A DNA stretch of 63,606 bases from Candidatus Zixiibacteriota bacterium (GTDB lineage: Bacteria > Zixibacteria > MSB-5A5 > GN15 > FEB-12): positions 1-63,606 of the forward strand of contig JAGGTI010000030.1 in assembly GCA_021163775.1 (NCBI GenBank), in the 5' to 3' direction. A program made the translations under genes and the position numbers. How positions within the stretch are numbered: the first letter of the stretch is position 1; every line of letters begins with the position of its first letter. Shown here piece after piece: positions 9,580 through 19,710 of this stretch. Below the pieces are notes generated by a model. It was not told where the DNA came from, searched no databases, and saw only the letters and a program-made list of their open reading frames with translations.

Positions 9580-9885
9580 TCAGACTTTCACGGTCGGGAT
9601 TTTGTCCGTCGCCTTCTTGACCATCTTTTTCATAGCCATTGAATTGTCGAAATTCTTTTTGAGATAGTCATCGATCGCTTTGTCCAACAGTGCTTCAATT
9701 TTAGTTTCCTGGAAATGCGCCATCACTTTCAGCTTGCCCAGGTGCTCCTGTTTGATCCACAAGTTCTTGCGTTTCCACTCGTTGCCAGCCCGATCGATTC
9801 GTGCATCAGAAACTATGATCGAATTTTCCGACTGATCAACCGATTCATTTGTTTTCTGCTCTTTTTTGCTCCCAAAGATACCCAC
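9580..9885 (-). CDS. Small protein with ribbon-helix-helix-like segment
   Basis: Probable GTG start at 9885 after GAGG RBS; RKNLWIKQEHLGKLKVMAHFQETKIEALLDKAIDDYL fits a beta-alpha-alpha pattern. Confidence 0.55.
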   Translation of the reverse strand: MGIFGSKKEQKTNESVDQSENSIIVSDARIDRAGNEWKRKNLWIKQEHLGKLKVMAHFQETKIEALLDKAIDDYLKKNFDNSMAMKKMVKKATDKIPTVKV

Positions 9886-10019
9886 GGGAATTTCCTCGCT
9901 TGAGTTGATCTCTTTACCGCTATTATCGACATTCTCAGGCCCAGTCGTTAAGGTGTGATAAAATATTGACAAACTGGCTCATCGCTTGTTTGTTTACAAT
10001 ACAGTGAAAGGAGGCCTAT

Positions 10020-10112
10020 ATGGCTAAGGGAAGAGATGCCCGGAAAAAAGAGACCAAGAAGCCAAAGAAGAAAAAGAAGAAGGTCGAAAAACCAGTAGAA
10101 AAGCCGAAATAG
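10020..10112 (+). CDS. 30-aa Lys-rich small protein (not in ORF track)
   Basis: AAAGGAGG RBS directly upstream; MAKGRDARKKETKKPKKKKKKVEKPVEKPK*. Confidence 0.65.
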   Translation: MAKGRDARKKETKKPKKKKKKVEKPVEKPK

Positions 10113-10184
10113 CGATTTGGCCCATCTACGGCAAATCGAATTTCCACTGGCAATCCGGCCCACCCGGATTATATTCGGGCTATC

Positions 10185-10979
10185 ATGAATGATACCTTGA
10201 AACAAGTCGAGGCCGGAAAGTTTTTTCTCATTGCTGGGCCGTGCGCGGCCGAGTCCGAACAGCTATGTCTTGATGTTGCTGAAAAAGTCGCCGCGCTGGC
10301 CGACAAGTTCTGTCTGCCGTACATTTTCAAATCGTCATTTACCAAAGCGAATCGCACTTCGGCCGGGTCATACACCGGCCCGGGGCTTGACGAAGGCCTG
10401 CGCATACTGCAAAAAGTCAAAGACGAGTTCGATCTGCCAGTCCTTACCGATATTCACGAAACCAATCAGATCGAAGCGGTCGCGCAGGTCGCCGATATCC
10501 TTCAAATACCGGCGTTTCTCTGCCGCCAGACTAACCTGATCGAGCAGGCGGCGGCAACCGGCAAGTGGATCAATATCAAGAAAGGCCAATTCCTCGCTCC
10601 TGATGATATGGCCAAGACTGCGGCAAAAGCGAATTCAAATAAAATCATGCTGACTGAACGCGGCTCGACATTCGGCTATCACAACTTAGTTGTCGATTTC
10701 CGCGCACTACTCATCATGCGTGAAACCGGACATAAGATTGTCTTTGATGCTACCCACTCGTTGCAACTTCCCGGTGGCGGCGGAGCAGTATCGGCTGGCC
10801 AACCGCAACTGGTGATACCGATGGCCCGCGCGGCGGCGGCTATTGGAATCGATGGTCTGTTTGTCGAAACACACCCGAACCCATCCGAGGCGCTCTGCGA
10901 TGCCAGCGTAATGTTACCACTCAACCAAATGGAAAAACTGTTGGCATCGGTGACGAAAATCCGGGAGGCTTTGAAATAA
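10185..10979 (+). CDS. kdsA: 3-deoxy-8-phosphooctulonate (KDO8P) synthase
   Basis: IAGPC, KSSFTKANRTS, QIPAFLCRQT, KKGQFLAP, ERGSTFGY and DATHS motifs. Confidence 0.97.
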   Translation: MNDTLKQVEAGKFFLIAGPCAAESEQLCLDVAEKVAALADKFCLPYIFKSSFTKANRTSAGSYTGPGLDEGLRILQKVKDEFDLPVLTDIHETNQIEAVAQVADILQIPAFLCRQTNLIEQAAATGKWINIKKGQFLAPDDMAKTAAKANSNKIMLTERGSTFGYHNLVVDFRALLIMRETGHKIVFDATHSLQLPGGGGAVSAGQPQLVIPMARAAAAIGIDGLFVETHPNPSEALCDASVMLPLNQMEKLLASVTKIREALK

Positions 10980-10982
10980 ACG

Positions 10983-11513
10983 ATGGCCAGGCTCACGCAC
11001 GAACAATTTATCGAACGATTCAAATCAATCAAGTTACTGGCACTTGATGTTGATGGCGTTCTGACCGATGACTCGATCTTTTTCGGTTCCGGCGGACAGG
11101 AGTTCAAACGGTTCAACATCTCCGATGGATTCTACATGGTGATTGGAATGAAATCAGGGTTGGAACTGGCGATTGTCTCCGGTCGTTACTCGGCCGCTAC
11201 TGACAGCCGAATGAAAGATCTGGGCGTCAAATATGTGCTTCAGGCAAGAAAAGACAAAGTCGAACAGATCGCACCACTGTTAGATGAGTTGGGCCTTACG
11301 TTTGATGATGTCGCTTTTGTCGGCAACGAAATCCTTGACATAAAACTGGCCCGCAAAGTCGGACTTTCAATCGCGGTGGCCGATTCATCACCCGACCTTA
11401 TTGACGAAGTCAACTACGTCACCGAACGGGCCGGCGGCAAAGGGGCGGTGCGTGAAGTGATCGAGTGCTATTTCGAAGCGGTAGACATCAACCCGAAAGA
11501 TCTGGTGATCTGA
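10983..11513 (+). CDS. kdsC: KDO8P phosphatase (HAD family)
   Basis: LDVDGVLTD and GGKGAVRE motifs; lies between kdsA and kdsD. Confidence 0.93.
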   Translation: MARLTHEQFIERFKSIKLLALDVDGVLTDDSIFFGSGGQEFKRFNISDGFYMVIGMKSGLELAIVSGRYSAATDSRMKDLGVKYVLQARKDKVEQIAPLLDELGLTFDDVAFVGNEILDIKLARKVGLSIAVADSSPDLIDEVNYVTERAGGKGAVREVIECYFEAVDINPKDLVI

Positions 11514-12481
11514 TGAATCTGGTCAAGTACGCGCAGGATGTTATCCGCCTTGAAGCCGAAGCTGTCAATGCGTTGGCCGACCGTTTGGACGAAAATTTCC
11601 AGGTAGCGGTTGATGCTATTCTCAACTGCAAGGGACGCGTGATTGTCGCCGGACTTGGCAAATCCGGTCTGGTCGGGCGCAAAATCGTGGCTACGTTCAA
11701 CTCGACCGGGATCTCATCGTTCTTTTTGCATCCGGCTGAAGCGTTGCACGGTGATCTTGGGTTGATCCGTTCCGAAGATATCCTGATGATTCTCTCCAAA
11801 TCGGGACGCCAGGAAGAACTCGAACTGATAATCGGTGCCGCACGAAGATTAGGTGTAAAGATTGTGGTTCTCGGGGGCAATCCTGAATCAACATTATACA
11901 ACAGGGCCGATATCGCACTCGACTGTTCGGTTGAAACCGAGGCCTCCCCCGATAACTTAGTGCCGACTTCATCGTCAACTGTTACGCTTGTTATGGGCGA
12001 TGCACTGGCGGTGGCACTGCTCAAGGCACGCAATTTCACTAAAGAAGATTTCGCACAGTTGCACCCGGGTGGGTTCCTGGGTCAACGACTGCTCAAACGG
12101 GTTTCCGAAGTACACCATATCAACAGCGAGATACCGCTGGTTGATGCCGACGCGAGTTTCTCGCGGATGATGGTCGAGATGAGTCGCAAACGCCTGGGGT
12201 GTGTAATTACACTTACCGCCGAAAAAAAAGTGGCCGGGATTTTCTGCGATGGCGACCTTCGGCGACTAATGGATAAAGACGGCGAATTTGATTTGCGGTC
12301 GCTGACAGCCGACGACACGATGCTCAAAAATCCCAAAACGATTTCGCAGGACGCGGTACTTGATGCGGCCCTGGCGATGATGGAACAACACGGAATCACG
12401 GTCCTCCCGACTGTAGACGACAACGACCACCTCACTGGCGTAATCCATTTGCACGACATTTTGAAGTCGAAGCTGGTGTAA
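11513..12481 (+). CDS. kdsD: Arabinose-5-phosphate isomerase (KpsF/GutQ; SIS plus CBS domains)
   Basis: GLGKSG, HPAEALHGDLG, PTSSS, HPGGFLG and a C-terminal CBS pair; ATG overlaps the kdsC stop. Confidence 0.95.
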   Translation: MNLVKYAQDVIRLEAEAVNALADRLDENFQVAVDAILNCKGRVIVAGLGKSGLVGRKIVATFNSTGISSFFLHPAEALHGDLGLIRSEDILMILSKSGRQEELELIIGAARRLGVKIVVLGGNPESTLYNRADIALDCSVETEASPDNLVPTSSSTVTLVMGDALAVALLKARNFTKEDFAQLHPGGFLGQRLLKRVSEVHHINSEIPLVDADASFSRMMVEMSRKRLGCVITLTAEKKVAGIFCDGDLRRLMDKDGEFDLRSLTADDTMLKNPKTISQDAVLDAALAMMEQHGITVLPTVDDNDHLTGVIHLHDILKSKLV

Positions 12482-12483
12482 CA

Positions 12484-12518
12484 GTAGGGCGGAACCCCTT
12501 AGCGGTTCCGCCATTAAC
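12484..12518. repeat. GTAG-headed REP-like palindrome
   Basis: GTAG-GGCGGAACC-CCTTAGC-GGTTCCGCC; variants near 13795, 21118 and 54083. Confidence 0.75.
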
Positions 12519-12663
12519 CACTGCTGGGTATCTCCAGTCGCTGGCATACCTGTCGGAACATCGACCTACATGATCTGGATGGAATATAAAACGAAGAAAG
12601 AATCGCTGGACAGGATTGGCATGCTGAAATCGCTTAGCTGACCCGAGACGTGAGGATGCTACT

Positions 12664-13701
12664 ATGAAGGCAAGGCCAAGACTGACCGGTAACCGCGTGA
12701 CAGCAACAGTCCAATATGCAATCGTCGTCCTGTGTTTGGTAACGAATCAAATCCCCAGCAATCTGCAGGCGGCCGACAATCCATTCGGCTTCATAGAGAC
12801 CCGTAGCCAATCACCAGTACAACAACTTAGGTGTGGTCCGATTCATCATGTTCCCTGGGTGATACCAGCAGATACCTACACTCTGAGTATTCGCCACAAC
12901 TGGAAAAACATGTGGCTGTACCGCCATGATATTTGTCGTATAGATGCCGAAGTCCACGAAGTCATCACTCGGTTGCGTATTGGTCTCGGCAGAGGGCTTG
13001 AAATCGAAGGAGAATTACCGGTAAGATACGTTTCGGGTGGAATAATGGATGGTCTGATAGAAGGTTTTCATGACTCTTTCAATATAGATAATGCAGGGCG
13101 AGATGATTTTCCTCGCGATGACTTTGCTTTCAACATTCGCAATGGAAGCGGTGACGATGGCTGGTCTCACAGCGGTGCTGAGCAGACGGGCTGGAACCTG
13201 GGTAACGCGACTCTCGCACTGAGCTTTGATGTTGGCACAATTGCTTCAATCAAGCCTCGCTTGATCATGACGCTGGGACTGAAGTTCCCAACTGGCACAA
13301 GGACTGAGTTCTTTGGGAATCAGTCGATGGATATAACTTTATCCATGAGTGGCGGTATCAATGTCGGATCGTTGCACTGGTACGCAAGTTCAGCAGTCAG
13401 CTACTATGGTGATAAAAAAATGATTGGTATTAAACTGCGTCAATGGCGTATCAGCAATCTAGTCGGGCTTGAGTATAAGGGCGAGAAGAGTAATCATGCT
13501 TGGACAGCTCAGATTCTGCATGAGAATGGCGTTGCCCACAATTACGATGTGTTCTCAGATGCCACATATGAAGTGATGTTTGGATATCAATGCCGTCTGT
13601 TTCCACGGGTCTTGATGGAGTTCAGTATCTTGGAAAACGTTTTCATATTCGATAACAGTCCCGATTTTGGATTTCATACGGCACTTACTCATAGTTTATA
13701 G
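12664..13701 (+). CDS. Putative outer-membrane beta-barrel protein (DUF3187-like)
   Basis: Signal-like N-terminus; GGIMDGLIEGFHDSF, LKFPTG and ENVFIFDNSPDFGFH motifs. Confidence 0.65.
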   Translation: MKARPRLTGNRVTATVQYAIVVLCLVTNQIPSNLQAADNPFGFIETRSQSPVQQLRCGPIHHVPWVIPADTYTLSIRHNWKNMWLYRHDICRIDAEVHEVITRLRIGLGRGLEIEGELPVRYVSGGIMDGLIEGFHDSFNIDNAGRDDFPRDDFAFNIRNGSGDDGWSHSGAEQTGWNLGNATLALSFDVGTIASIKPRLIMTLGLKFPTGTRTEFFGNQSMDITLSMSGGINVGSLHWYASSAVSYYGDKKMIGIKLRQWRISNLVGLEYKGEKSNHAWTAQILHENGVAHNYDVFSDATYEVMFGYQCRLFPRVLMEFSILENVFIFDNSPDFGFHTALTHSL

Positions 13702-13770
13702 AATGATATAAACCGTACAAAGTTAGGTAAAACAGGTCCATCTTTGGACCCGCCACCTGAAGTAAGCCAC

Positions 13771-13946
13771 CCTTCGACAGGCTCAGGGTGACAATGCTGG
13801 AACCCCTGCGGTTCCAACATTGACATCCGGAACCAATCCCGACGCAAATTGGCTCACGAGGATGTACACCCCACATAATCTTGTTTCGTCATGCTTGCGG
13901 AAGCAAGCATGACAGATATGTATCCGGCGGATGTCCACATCTGCAG
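13771..13946. repeat. Intergenic REP-like mosaic
   Basis: CCTTCGACAGGCTCAGG (also at 59270), TGCTGGAACC...GGTTCCAACA, and an inverted copy of the GCAGATGTGGACATC.GCCGGA element. Confidence 0.75.
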
Positions 13947-13978
13947 AAAAAAGCCGGCGCACGAAAACGTACGCCGGC
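13947..13978 (-). terminator. Intrinsic terminator after the YkgJ-family gene
   Basis: GCCGGCG...CGCCGGC stem preceded on + by A6 (U-tract on -). Confidence 0.7.
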
Positions 13979-14021
13979 CACAAACTTATCCAATAATGTC
14001 ATCAAGAAAACACAGGTATCG

Positions 14022-14849
14022 TTACTTCAACTTACCTTTCAAGCGAAGCTCTTTCTCCTTGTCCTCAGCAATCTCGTCTTTGATCTTCATCGTGTCTTCA
14101 CCAAAGATAGCGAATCTGATCCAGCGAAAACCAAAACGCAATAGCGCTACATCATCGGCTTTGATCCGGTCCTGCTCAGTCTGATCAACAATGAACTTAC
14201 GGAGAAAACTACTATTGAATACAAAGTCACGGAACTTATCGACATTGTAGCATGCCATGAAGAACATCTCTACCTGCTTTGGGGTAATTCCCTGACCCTC
14301 CCTGAAGAAAGGGTGCAGAGTGACATCTTTGAACTCGCGTCCCATAGCATCGTATTCATCAACGCCCTGGTTGCGCATCCAGCTGTCAACTGTCCACTTG
14401 TTCGATTCTTTGAAACCCTCACAAATAGGGTCGCGCATCAGAAAGTAGAAATCTTTATCGGTCGATTCTCCAGTCTCACCCGGTGACGCCAATCCGAGCG
14501 GATACATACGACAGGCCCAGGGACGATCTTCATAGACTGTACAACCCTTGTCGCCAACCAACTGGCAGGCCTTCTTGTCATCATCACTCATCCGAAACAT
14601 AACCACCGGATAAGGCAGATTCTTGTCGAACGGCATAATGGTATATTTCTTTAGGAACTCCTCGGATGTAATCTCCAACCGTTTCTTGAGTCGTACAATA
14701 TCGTACGGTGTCAGAAAGATATTCACATCGGCGCAACAACCGTTGAAGCACTTTACGCCCGGATGACAACCGAACGAAAACTCGGCATCACGGTCGAGAC
14801 GAGGATACTCTTTTAGAATCTCTTCTTTGAGACGTTGAATTTCGCTCAT
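14022..14849 (-). CDS. YkgJ-family (CxxxCC) Zn/Fe-S cysteine cluster protein
   Basis: FGCHPGVKCFNGCCADV...LTPYD...GCTVYEDRPWACRMYPL. Confidence 0.88.
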   Translation of the reverse strand: MSEIQRLKEEILKEYPRLDRDAEFSFGCHPGVKCFNGCCADVNIFLTPYDIVRLKKRLEITSEEFLKKYTIMPFDKNLPYPVVMFRMSDDDKKACQLVGDKGCTVYEDRPWACRMYPLGLASPGETGESTDKDFYFLMRDPICEGFKESNKWTVDSWMRNQGVDEYDAMGREFKDVTLHPFFREGQGITPKQVEMFFMACYNVDKFRDFVFNSSFLRKFIVDQTEQDRIKADDVALLRFGFRWIRFAIFGEDTMKIKDEIAEDKEKELRLKGKLK

Positions 14850-15130
14850 TCGGTCTCTTCTCTCTCCTCGACGATCCGGTCACGGTGGGCCATCGCCGAC
14901 CAGACCGGCAACGGGCCGGATTCATTTGTTTCCGGATTAAGTCGGTGCCTATAAGACGCCTTCTGGTTATACTTGTCTTTCATGCGAACCCACCCCTTGA
15001 CGTAGTATGAACACTCATCATTGAAGCAAACGTACTGGGAATTGATACCCCACGATGACTCCAGTGGAGGTTTCCACAATTTCATTTTTGCGCCACAGTG
15101 CGGGCACAGAGTCTTGTCTTCATTTTCCAC
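14846..15130 (-). CDS. Small zinc-ribbon protein
   Basis: CPHCG...CFNDECSYY; GTG start; 4-bp overlap with the YkgJ gene. Confidence 0.8.
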   Translation of the reverse strand: MENEDKTLCPHCGAKMKLWKPPLESSWGINSQYVCFNDECSYYVKGWVRMKDKYNQKASYRHRLNPETNESGPLPVWSAMAHRDRIVEEREETE

Positions 15131-15186
15131 AGTAACTGCTTTCTAAAAGGTTTGCAGAATCTCCACCTGATTGCTCAGGTTTTATG

Positions 15187-15214
15187 AAGATACTACTTGA
15201 GCGGCTCTTGTCAA
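15187..15214 (-). promoter_or_regulatory. Putative sigma70 promoter for the zinc-ribbon/YkgJ pair
   Basis: TTGACA-16 bp-TATCTT on the minus strand, just downstream of the aprA terminator. Confidence 0.5.
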
Positions 15215-15227
15215 CCTCCCGGAAATC

Positions 15228-15257
15228 AAAGCCCCCCTGGTAAAACCGGGAGGGCTT
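15228..15257 (-). terminator. Terminator-like hairpin after aprA
   Basis: AAGCCC.CCTGG-TAAAA-CCGGG.GGGCTT with a short U-run on the minus strand. Confidence 0.65.
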
Positions 15258-15286
15258 AAGGTACTCAAAAGCAACCAGTCTCTCGA

Positions 15287-17197
15287 CTAGGCGTGCTCAG
15301 CAGCGTTGGGATAGACGTGCAGCATAGGCCGCTTGATCATTTCCCATTCGTCCGTCGCCGGGATCCACTTGCAGTTGGCAAACGCGTGCCAGTTTTCCTC
15401 GTCCATGGTCGGACAATCGGAACGGCGGTAGTAGCCAGGCCAGCGGGTCTCTTCACGGAACAGGATAGTGCGAGTATGGGCTTCAGCCTGCCACATGCGC
15501 TGGATATTCTCAAAGCAACGCAGTAACTCGTGGAGGTCGGCCGCGGCCAAATTCGCGCTGTCTTCCTTCAGCATACCGAGCAGTTCCATAGCACGATCAA
15601 GGTGGGCCTTGTTCGTCGAGAACTGAGCGGATACACCAGCCACATATTCATCCATCATCTTCTGCAGACGGAACATGAACATCTTAGGCTTGATGTAGTT
15701 CGGGTTGATTTCCGGATCCGTGGTCTCCTTGGAATGCTTCTCAAAAAGCTCGAGTGGCTTAAGGATGGCGGCTATATAAGCGTCAACCTGAGCCTGATCG
15801 ACCTTCGGAAGGCTATTGTTGTCAACGATGTAACGAATGGCAGACTTACCCGCAATACGACCCTCGGCATGTGAACCGGAGGAGAATTTGTGGGAGGAAG
15901 CACCCGAGGCATCACCGGTACAGAACAGACCATTTACGGTCGACATGCATTCGTAACCCCAGAAGTACTCAGCCTTGGTCTCGTCGCTCTGGAGATCTTC
16001 CGGACCAGAAACCCAGGCACCCGAAGCGCCGGAGTGAGAACCGATGAAATACGGCTCGGCGGCGGCAATTTCAGAATGCTTCTTTTCCGGTTCTACGTTG
16101 GAAGCGGCCCAGAGAATAGCCTGTGAGATCGTCATATCCAGGAAGTCTTCCCAAGCCTCAGTTTCGAGTTCTTTCAGCTTCTTCTTGGCGGCTTTTTCGT
16201 CACCGGCTTCAGCGGCGATCTTCTGGATGGCTACTTCCGTCTTCATGAAGATCGGACCCTTGCCTTCCATCACATCCATCATACCAAGCCAGTTACGCAG
16301 GTTGGCCGGGATCGGCTTAACCAAACCGTAAGGTTTCCATCTTTCGAGTTCGTCGCGACGTTCCAGCATGTAGTTTCCGCCCTCGGAGTTCAGAGCCGCG
16401 GACTTAAACAGGAGGAACCAGGCACCGACCGGACCATAGGCATCCTTGAAACGAACCGGGATGAAACGAACTTCCTGAGAAGTCATCTCGGCACCGGCGC
16501 GAAGTGTGAAATAGGCCGAAGAACCGGAGTTCCACGGCGGATACCAGGCGCGACCCAGACCTTCACCGGTTGAGCGAGGTTTGAAGACGTGCACAGCACC
16601 ACCCATGTTACAAATGGTGGCCTTGGCGTTAAAGACGTATATCTTGTTTTCACGAGTCGAGAAACCAACAGCTCCAGCAACTCTATCGCCATCCATCAGC
16701 GGCTCGGTAATAAAAATGCGCTCAAAGTATTCGCCACCGGCTTCAGTCAAAGCGTTCTTGGCGGCTTCCGAGACAATTACCTTGTAGGATTCGCCGTTGA
16801 TCATCAACTGCCAGCGACCTTCATGGACATAGTTGCCATCGTCGTCTTTCCAGATCGGCAGACCCCATTTTTCAAAGAGGTGCACACTGGAATCGACGTG
16901 GCGGGCAATCGAAGCCACGAGATCTTCACGAATAATACCCATCAAGTCCATGCGAACATAGTTCACATAGTCCTCAATGGTGTTGTTACCGGACGTCAGA
17001 TCAACGTACTGGTTGATAGCTGACAGACCCATAGCCACAGCGCCGGAGCGATCCATGGAGGCCTTATCAATAAGCGTAACCTTCAGACCATTTTTCTTGG
17101 CCCAGTATGACGCTTCTACTGCGGCGCCACAGGCACCCATACCACCACCCAAAATCAGGAGATCAGTGGTGACGTTTACAGTTTCAAATTTCTGCAT
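15287..17197 (-). CDS. aprA: Dissimilatory adenylylsulfate reductase alpha subunit
   Basis: RSGAVAMGLSAIN, WQLMINGESYK, GRAWYPPWNSGS, RFKDAYGPVGAWFL, HKFSSGSHAEGR, EETRWPGYY. Confidence 0.99.
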   Translation of the reverse strand: MQKFETVNVTTDLLILGGGMGACGAAVEASYWAKKNGLKVTLIDKASMDRSGAVAMGLSAINQYVDLTSGNNTIEDYVNYVRMDLMGIIREDLVASIARHVDSSVHLFEKWGLPIWKDDDGNYVHEGRWQLMINGESYKVIVSEAAKNALTEAGGEYFERIFITEPLMDGDRVAGAVGFSTRENKIYVFNAKATICNMGGAVHVFKPRSTGEGLGRAWYPPWNSGSSAYFTLRAGAEMTSQEVRFIPVRFKDAYGPVGAWFLLFKSAALNSEGGNYMLERRDELERWKPYGLVKPIPANLRNWLGMMDVMEGKGPIFMKTEVAIQKIAAEAGDEKAAKKKLKELETEAWEDFLDMTISQAILWAASNVEPEKKHSEIAAAEPYFIGSHSGASGAWVSGPEDLQSDETKAEYFWGYECMSTVNGLFCTGDASGASSHKFSSGSHAEGRIAGKSAIRYIVDNNSLPKVDQAQVDAYIAAILKPLELFEKHSKETTDPEINPNYIKPKMFMFRLQKMMDEYVAGVSAQFSTNKAHLDRAMELLGMLKEDSANLAAADLHELLRCFENIQRMWQAEAHTRTILFREETRWPGYYRRSDCPTMDEENWHAFANCKWIPATDEWEMIKRPMLHVYPNAAEHA

Positions 17198-17216
17198 TGT
17201 AACCTTTCTTCTGATC

Positions 17217-17657
17217 CTATTTAAGGGTGTACATTTTGTCGAGTTTCAACGCTTCCGGCTCTTGGGCCAGAATGCAGTCGTTAAGATTGTCATGAGCCGT
17301 GGCGTAACCACCGCTCGGAACCGCTTTACCCTCTTCCGTAGTACGGATGGGGAACTTGAACCGTTTGAGCATACCGTTACGGAACTTGACTGTCCACATG
17401 ATAGCGTCCGTAGAACGCATCGGTGTTACAGTAGCACCCATGGGAACAAAGTCGGCGTAACCCCGAACCTCGATTGCCTGTACCGGGCAAATCTTGACGC
17501 AACTGTAACATTCCCAGCACATCTCTGGTTCCTGGTTGTAAGCCTTCATCGAGTCTTTGTTCAGCACCATGAGATCGTTAGGACATACGTACTGGCAAGC
17601 TGTCTTGTCCAGTGCCTTACATCCATCACACTTCTCAGTGATCACAAAACTTGGCAT
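17217..17657 (-). CDS. aprB: Adenylylsulfate reductase beta subunit
   Basis: MPSFV...CDGCK...CQYVCPNDLM...CWECYSCVKICP...KRFKFPIRTT. Confidence 0.99.
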   Translation of the reverse strand: MPSFVITEKCDGCKALDKTACQYVCPNDLMVLNKDSMKAYNQEPEMCWECYSCVKICPVQAIEVRGYADFVPMGATVTPMRSTDAIMWTVKFRNGMLKRFKFPIRTTEEGKAVPSGGYATAHDNLNDCILAQEPEALKLDKMYTLK

Positions 17658-17732
17658 TAATACCTCCTGATTCGCGGCCTGTTACCAGGCTCAAATCAAC
17701 TTCAGCGTTTAAGTACTTAGCACTTATTATTC

Positions 17733-18962
17733 TTATTTCTTTATCTTAGCATCACCAGTGGCATGGCCGTGCAGTTTGACCTCCACCTTGTCTTCATCTT
17801 TCAAACTACCGTAGTACTCACGCAAAATCTTAAGTACTTCGGGACGACTAAACTCGGCCGGCACATCACCACCCTCGGACAGTGACTTGCGTAACGCCGT
17901 ACCGCTAAGGAACAACCGATCTTCCTTGGCATGTGGACAGGTCTTCATCGAAGCCATACCACCGCACTTGTAACACCAGAAAGTCCAGTCAATCGGCAAC
18001 ATCTTGCACTCCAGAGCACCTTCCCACAACTGGAAGAATATTTCCTGAGCATCAAACGGGCCGTAGTAGTTGCCCACGCCAGCATGGTCACGACCAATAA
18101 TCATATGGCTACAGCCAAAGTTCTGACGAAATACAGCATGCAACAGGCCTTCACGAGGACCGGCATAGCGCATATCGAGCGGATAACCACCCATCACTAC
18201 CCTATTCTTGTCAAAGTAGTATTCTACCAGAGTGTTGATGCAGTTGACACGCACATCAGCCGGAATATCGCCCGGTTTCAGTTTGCCAACCAACTGGTGA
18301 ATATACAGGCCATCAGATACTTCAATAGCGATCTTGGCCAGATACTCGTGACTGCGGTGCATCGGGTTGCGAAGCTGTAACGCGGCAATCGTCTTCCAGC
18401 CCTTTTCCTCGAAAATCTTGCGGCTCTCGGCTGGGCGCTGGTAGACATCCCCAAACTCTTGGGGGAAGTAGCTCTCGGATAAAACTTTCACCGGACCGGC
18501 AATATTCCAGTCCTTCTGCGCCATCACCATCTTGACACCCGGATGCTCTTCATCGGTAGTGGTGTAAACGTGCTGGCATTCAAAAGCCTTGTCGATCTGA
18601 TACGACTCGGTCACCTTCATGGTGCCCATGATTTCTTTGGTCTCACCAGAAATCAGACAGATCTCGGTACCCGGATCGAGTTTTTTATCATGCGACAAAG
18701 TAACCGGGATCGGCCAGAAAATGCCATTGGACATTTTCATGTCGGCACAGACGCCCTTCCAGTCATCATGTCCCATGAAACCTTCCAGCGGCGTGAAGCC
18801 ACCAATACCCATGAAAATCAGGTCGCCGGTCTCGCGGCTAGTCATCACTACCTTGGGCAGTGACTCCGCGCGCTTGAGCTCAGCATCGCGCTCCGCACCT
18901 TCCAGCAACAAAATCTTCAGCTTGTCACTGCCATGCGGAGATATCAGGTTGGATTTGGCCAT
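17733..18962 (-). CDS. sat: Sulfate adenylyltransferase
   Basis: [24 protein letters not shown] and [10 protein letters not shown] motifs; start MAKSN after GAGGG RBS. Confidence 0.99.
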   Translation of the reverse strand: MAKSNLISPHGSDKLKILLLEGAERDAELKRAESLPKVVMTSRETGDLIFMGIGGFTPLEGFMGHDDWKGVCADMKMSNGIFWPIPVTLSHDKKLDPGTEICLISGETKEIMGTMKVTESYQIDKAFECQHVYTTTDEEHPGVKMVMAQKDWNIAGPVKVLSESYFPQEFGDVYQRPAESRKIFEEKGWKTIAALQLRNPMHRSHEYLAKIAIEVSDGLYIHQLVGKLKPGDIPADVRVNCINTLVEYYFDKNRVVMGGYPLDMRYAGPREGLLHAVFRQNFGCSHMIIGRDHAGVGNYYGPFDAQEIFFQLWEGALECKMLPIDWTFWCYKCGGMASMKTCPHAKEDRLFLSGTALRKSLSEGGDVPAEFSRPEVLKILREYYGSLKDEDKVEVKLHGHATGDAKIKK

Positions 18963-19034
18963 ATTCGTTACCCTCATCTCTCTATTATGTAAAACTTATT
19001 ATATGTATTCACAATAACACCATGCAATTTAAGC

Positions 19035-19052
19035 ATGTTAAATAATTCACAA
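19035..19052. promoter_or_regulatory. Rex-like operator (sat leader)
   Basis: ATGTTAA-ATAA-TTCACAA versus Rex consensus TTGTGAA-N4-TTCACAA. Confidence 0.7.
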
Positions 19053-19144
19053 GACATCTTATTAAAAAACGTGTAATAAATCCGTTACTTAACTTTCTCT
19101 AAACCTGAAATAAACCTGTAATTACTAACAAAGTCCGCTTTAGA

Positions 19145-19162
19145 ACGTGAAATCTTTAACAA
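19145..19162. promoter_or_regulatory. Rex-like operator (sat leader)
   Basis: ACGTGAA-ATCT-TTAACAA. Confidence 0.65.
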
Positions 19163-19190
19163 TCTCCGCTTACAATATTCAGCTATATCA

Positions 19191-19219
19191 ATAGTACCTT
19201 TTTTCACAAGAACTGTCAA
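19191..19219 (-). promoter_or_regulatory. sigma70 promoter of sat-aprBA
   Basis: TTGACA-17 bp-TACTAT; the spacer contains a TTGTGAA Rex half-site. Confidence 0.75.
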
Positions 19220-19597
19220 GAGGAAAATAGGTGGTTTCTGTACCCTCGATTACGATTAATACTCAACTACAATATACTCTTATCTACAAATAAGTTATCA
19301 GAACAATACAAAATTAAATAGGTCAAAAAAGGTAGGGTATCGGGTCTATGGAAAAGATTTGATCCGTGTCATCCCCTCTCTTCCGAGCCGAGGGATTGTC
19401 CTGCAACAAGATAGGAACATGTCAATTTGTAAACTACCAAGCCGTATCTCTTCCGGAACACAAATTGACCAATTTGAGACAATATTTCGCCTCGCTATAT
19501 GTCGGTGAAAATACTAAGATATGGGTATTCTTTGATCCTTGCAGTGCTAACTGAGCAAAAAACGAGGCGTAAATAATGTTTGGGATAATATGATAGA

Positions 19598-19650
19598 TTG
19601 TGAAAAAAGTAACGAAAATGCTTTACACATTATGGCTTCTCGCTTATTAT
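19598..19650 (+). promoter_or_regulatory. qmoC promoter with upstream Rex-like box
   Basis: TTGTGAA-AAAA-GTAACGA (19598-19615), 6-bp gap, TTTACA (19622-19627)-17 bp-TATTAT (19645-19650). Confidence 0.7.
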
Positions 19651-19710
19651 TGAGGTCTAAATTCCGGTCATGGGACCGGACGAGACCGACACAAGAAGTG
19701 GAGAAGCCCG

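Noticed and set aside
9966-10000. sigma70 promoter TTGACA...TACAAT before the microprotein
   Set aside because: The spacer is 23 bp, too long. The same applies to minus-strand TTGACA...TATAAT near 6237-6273 (25 bp).
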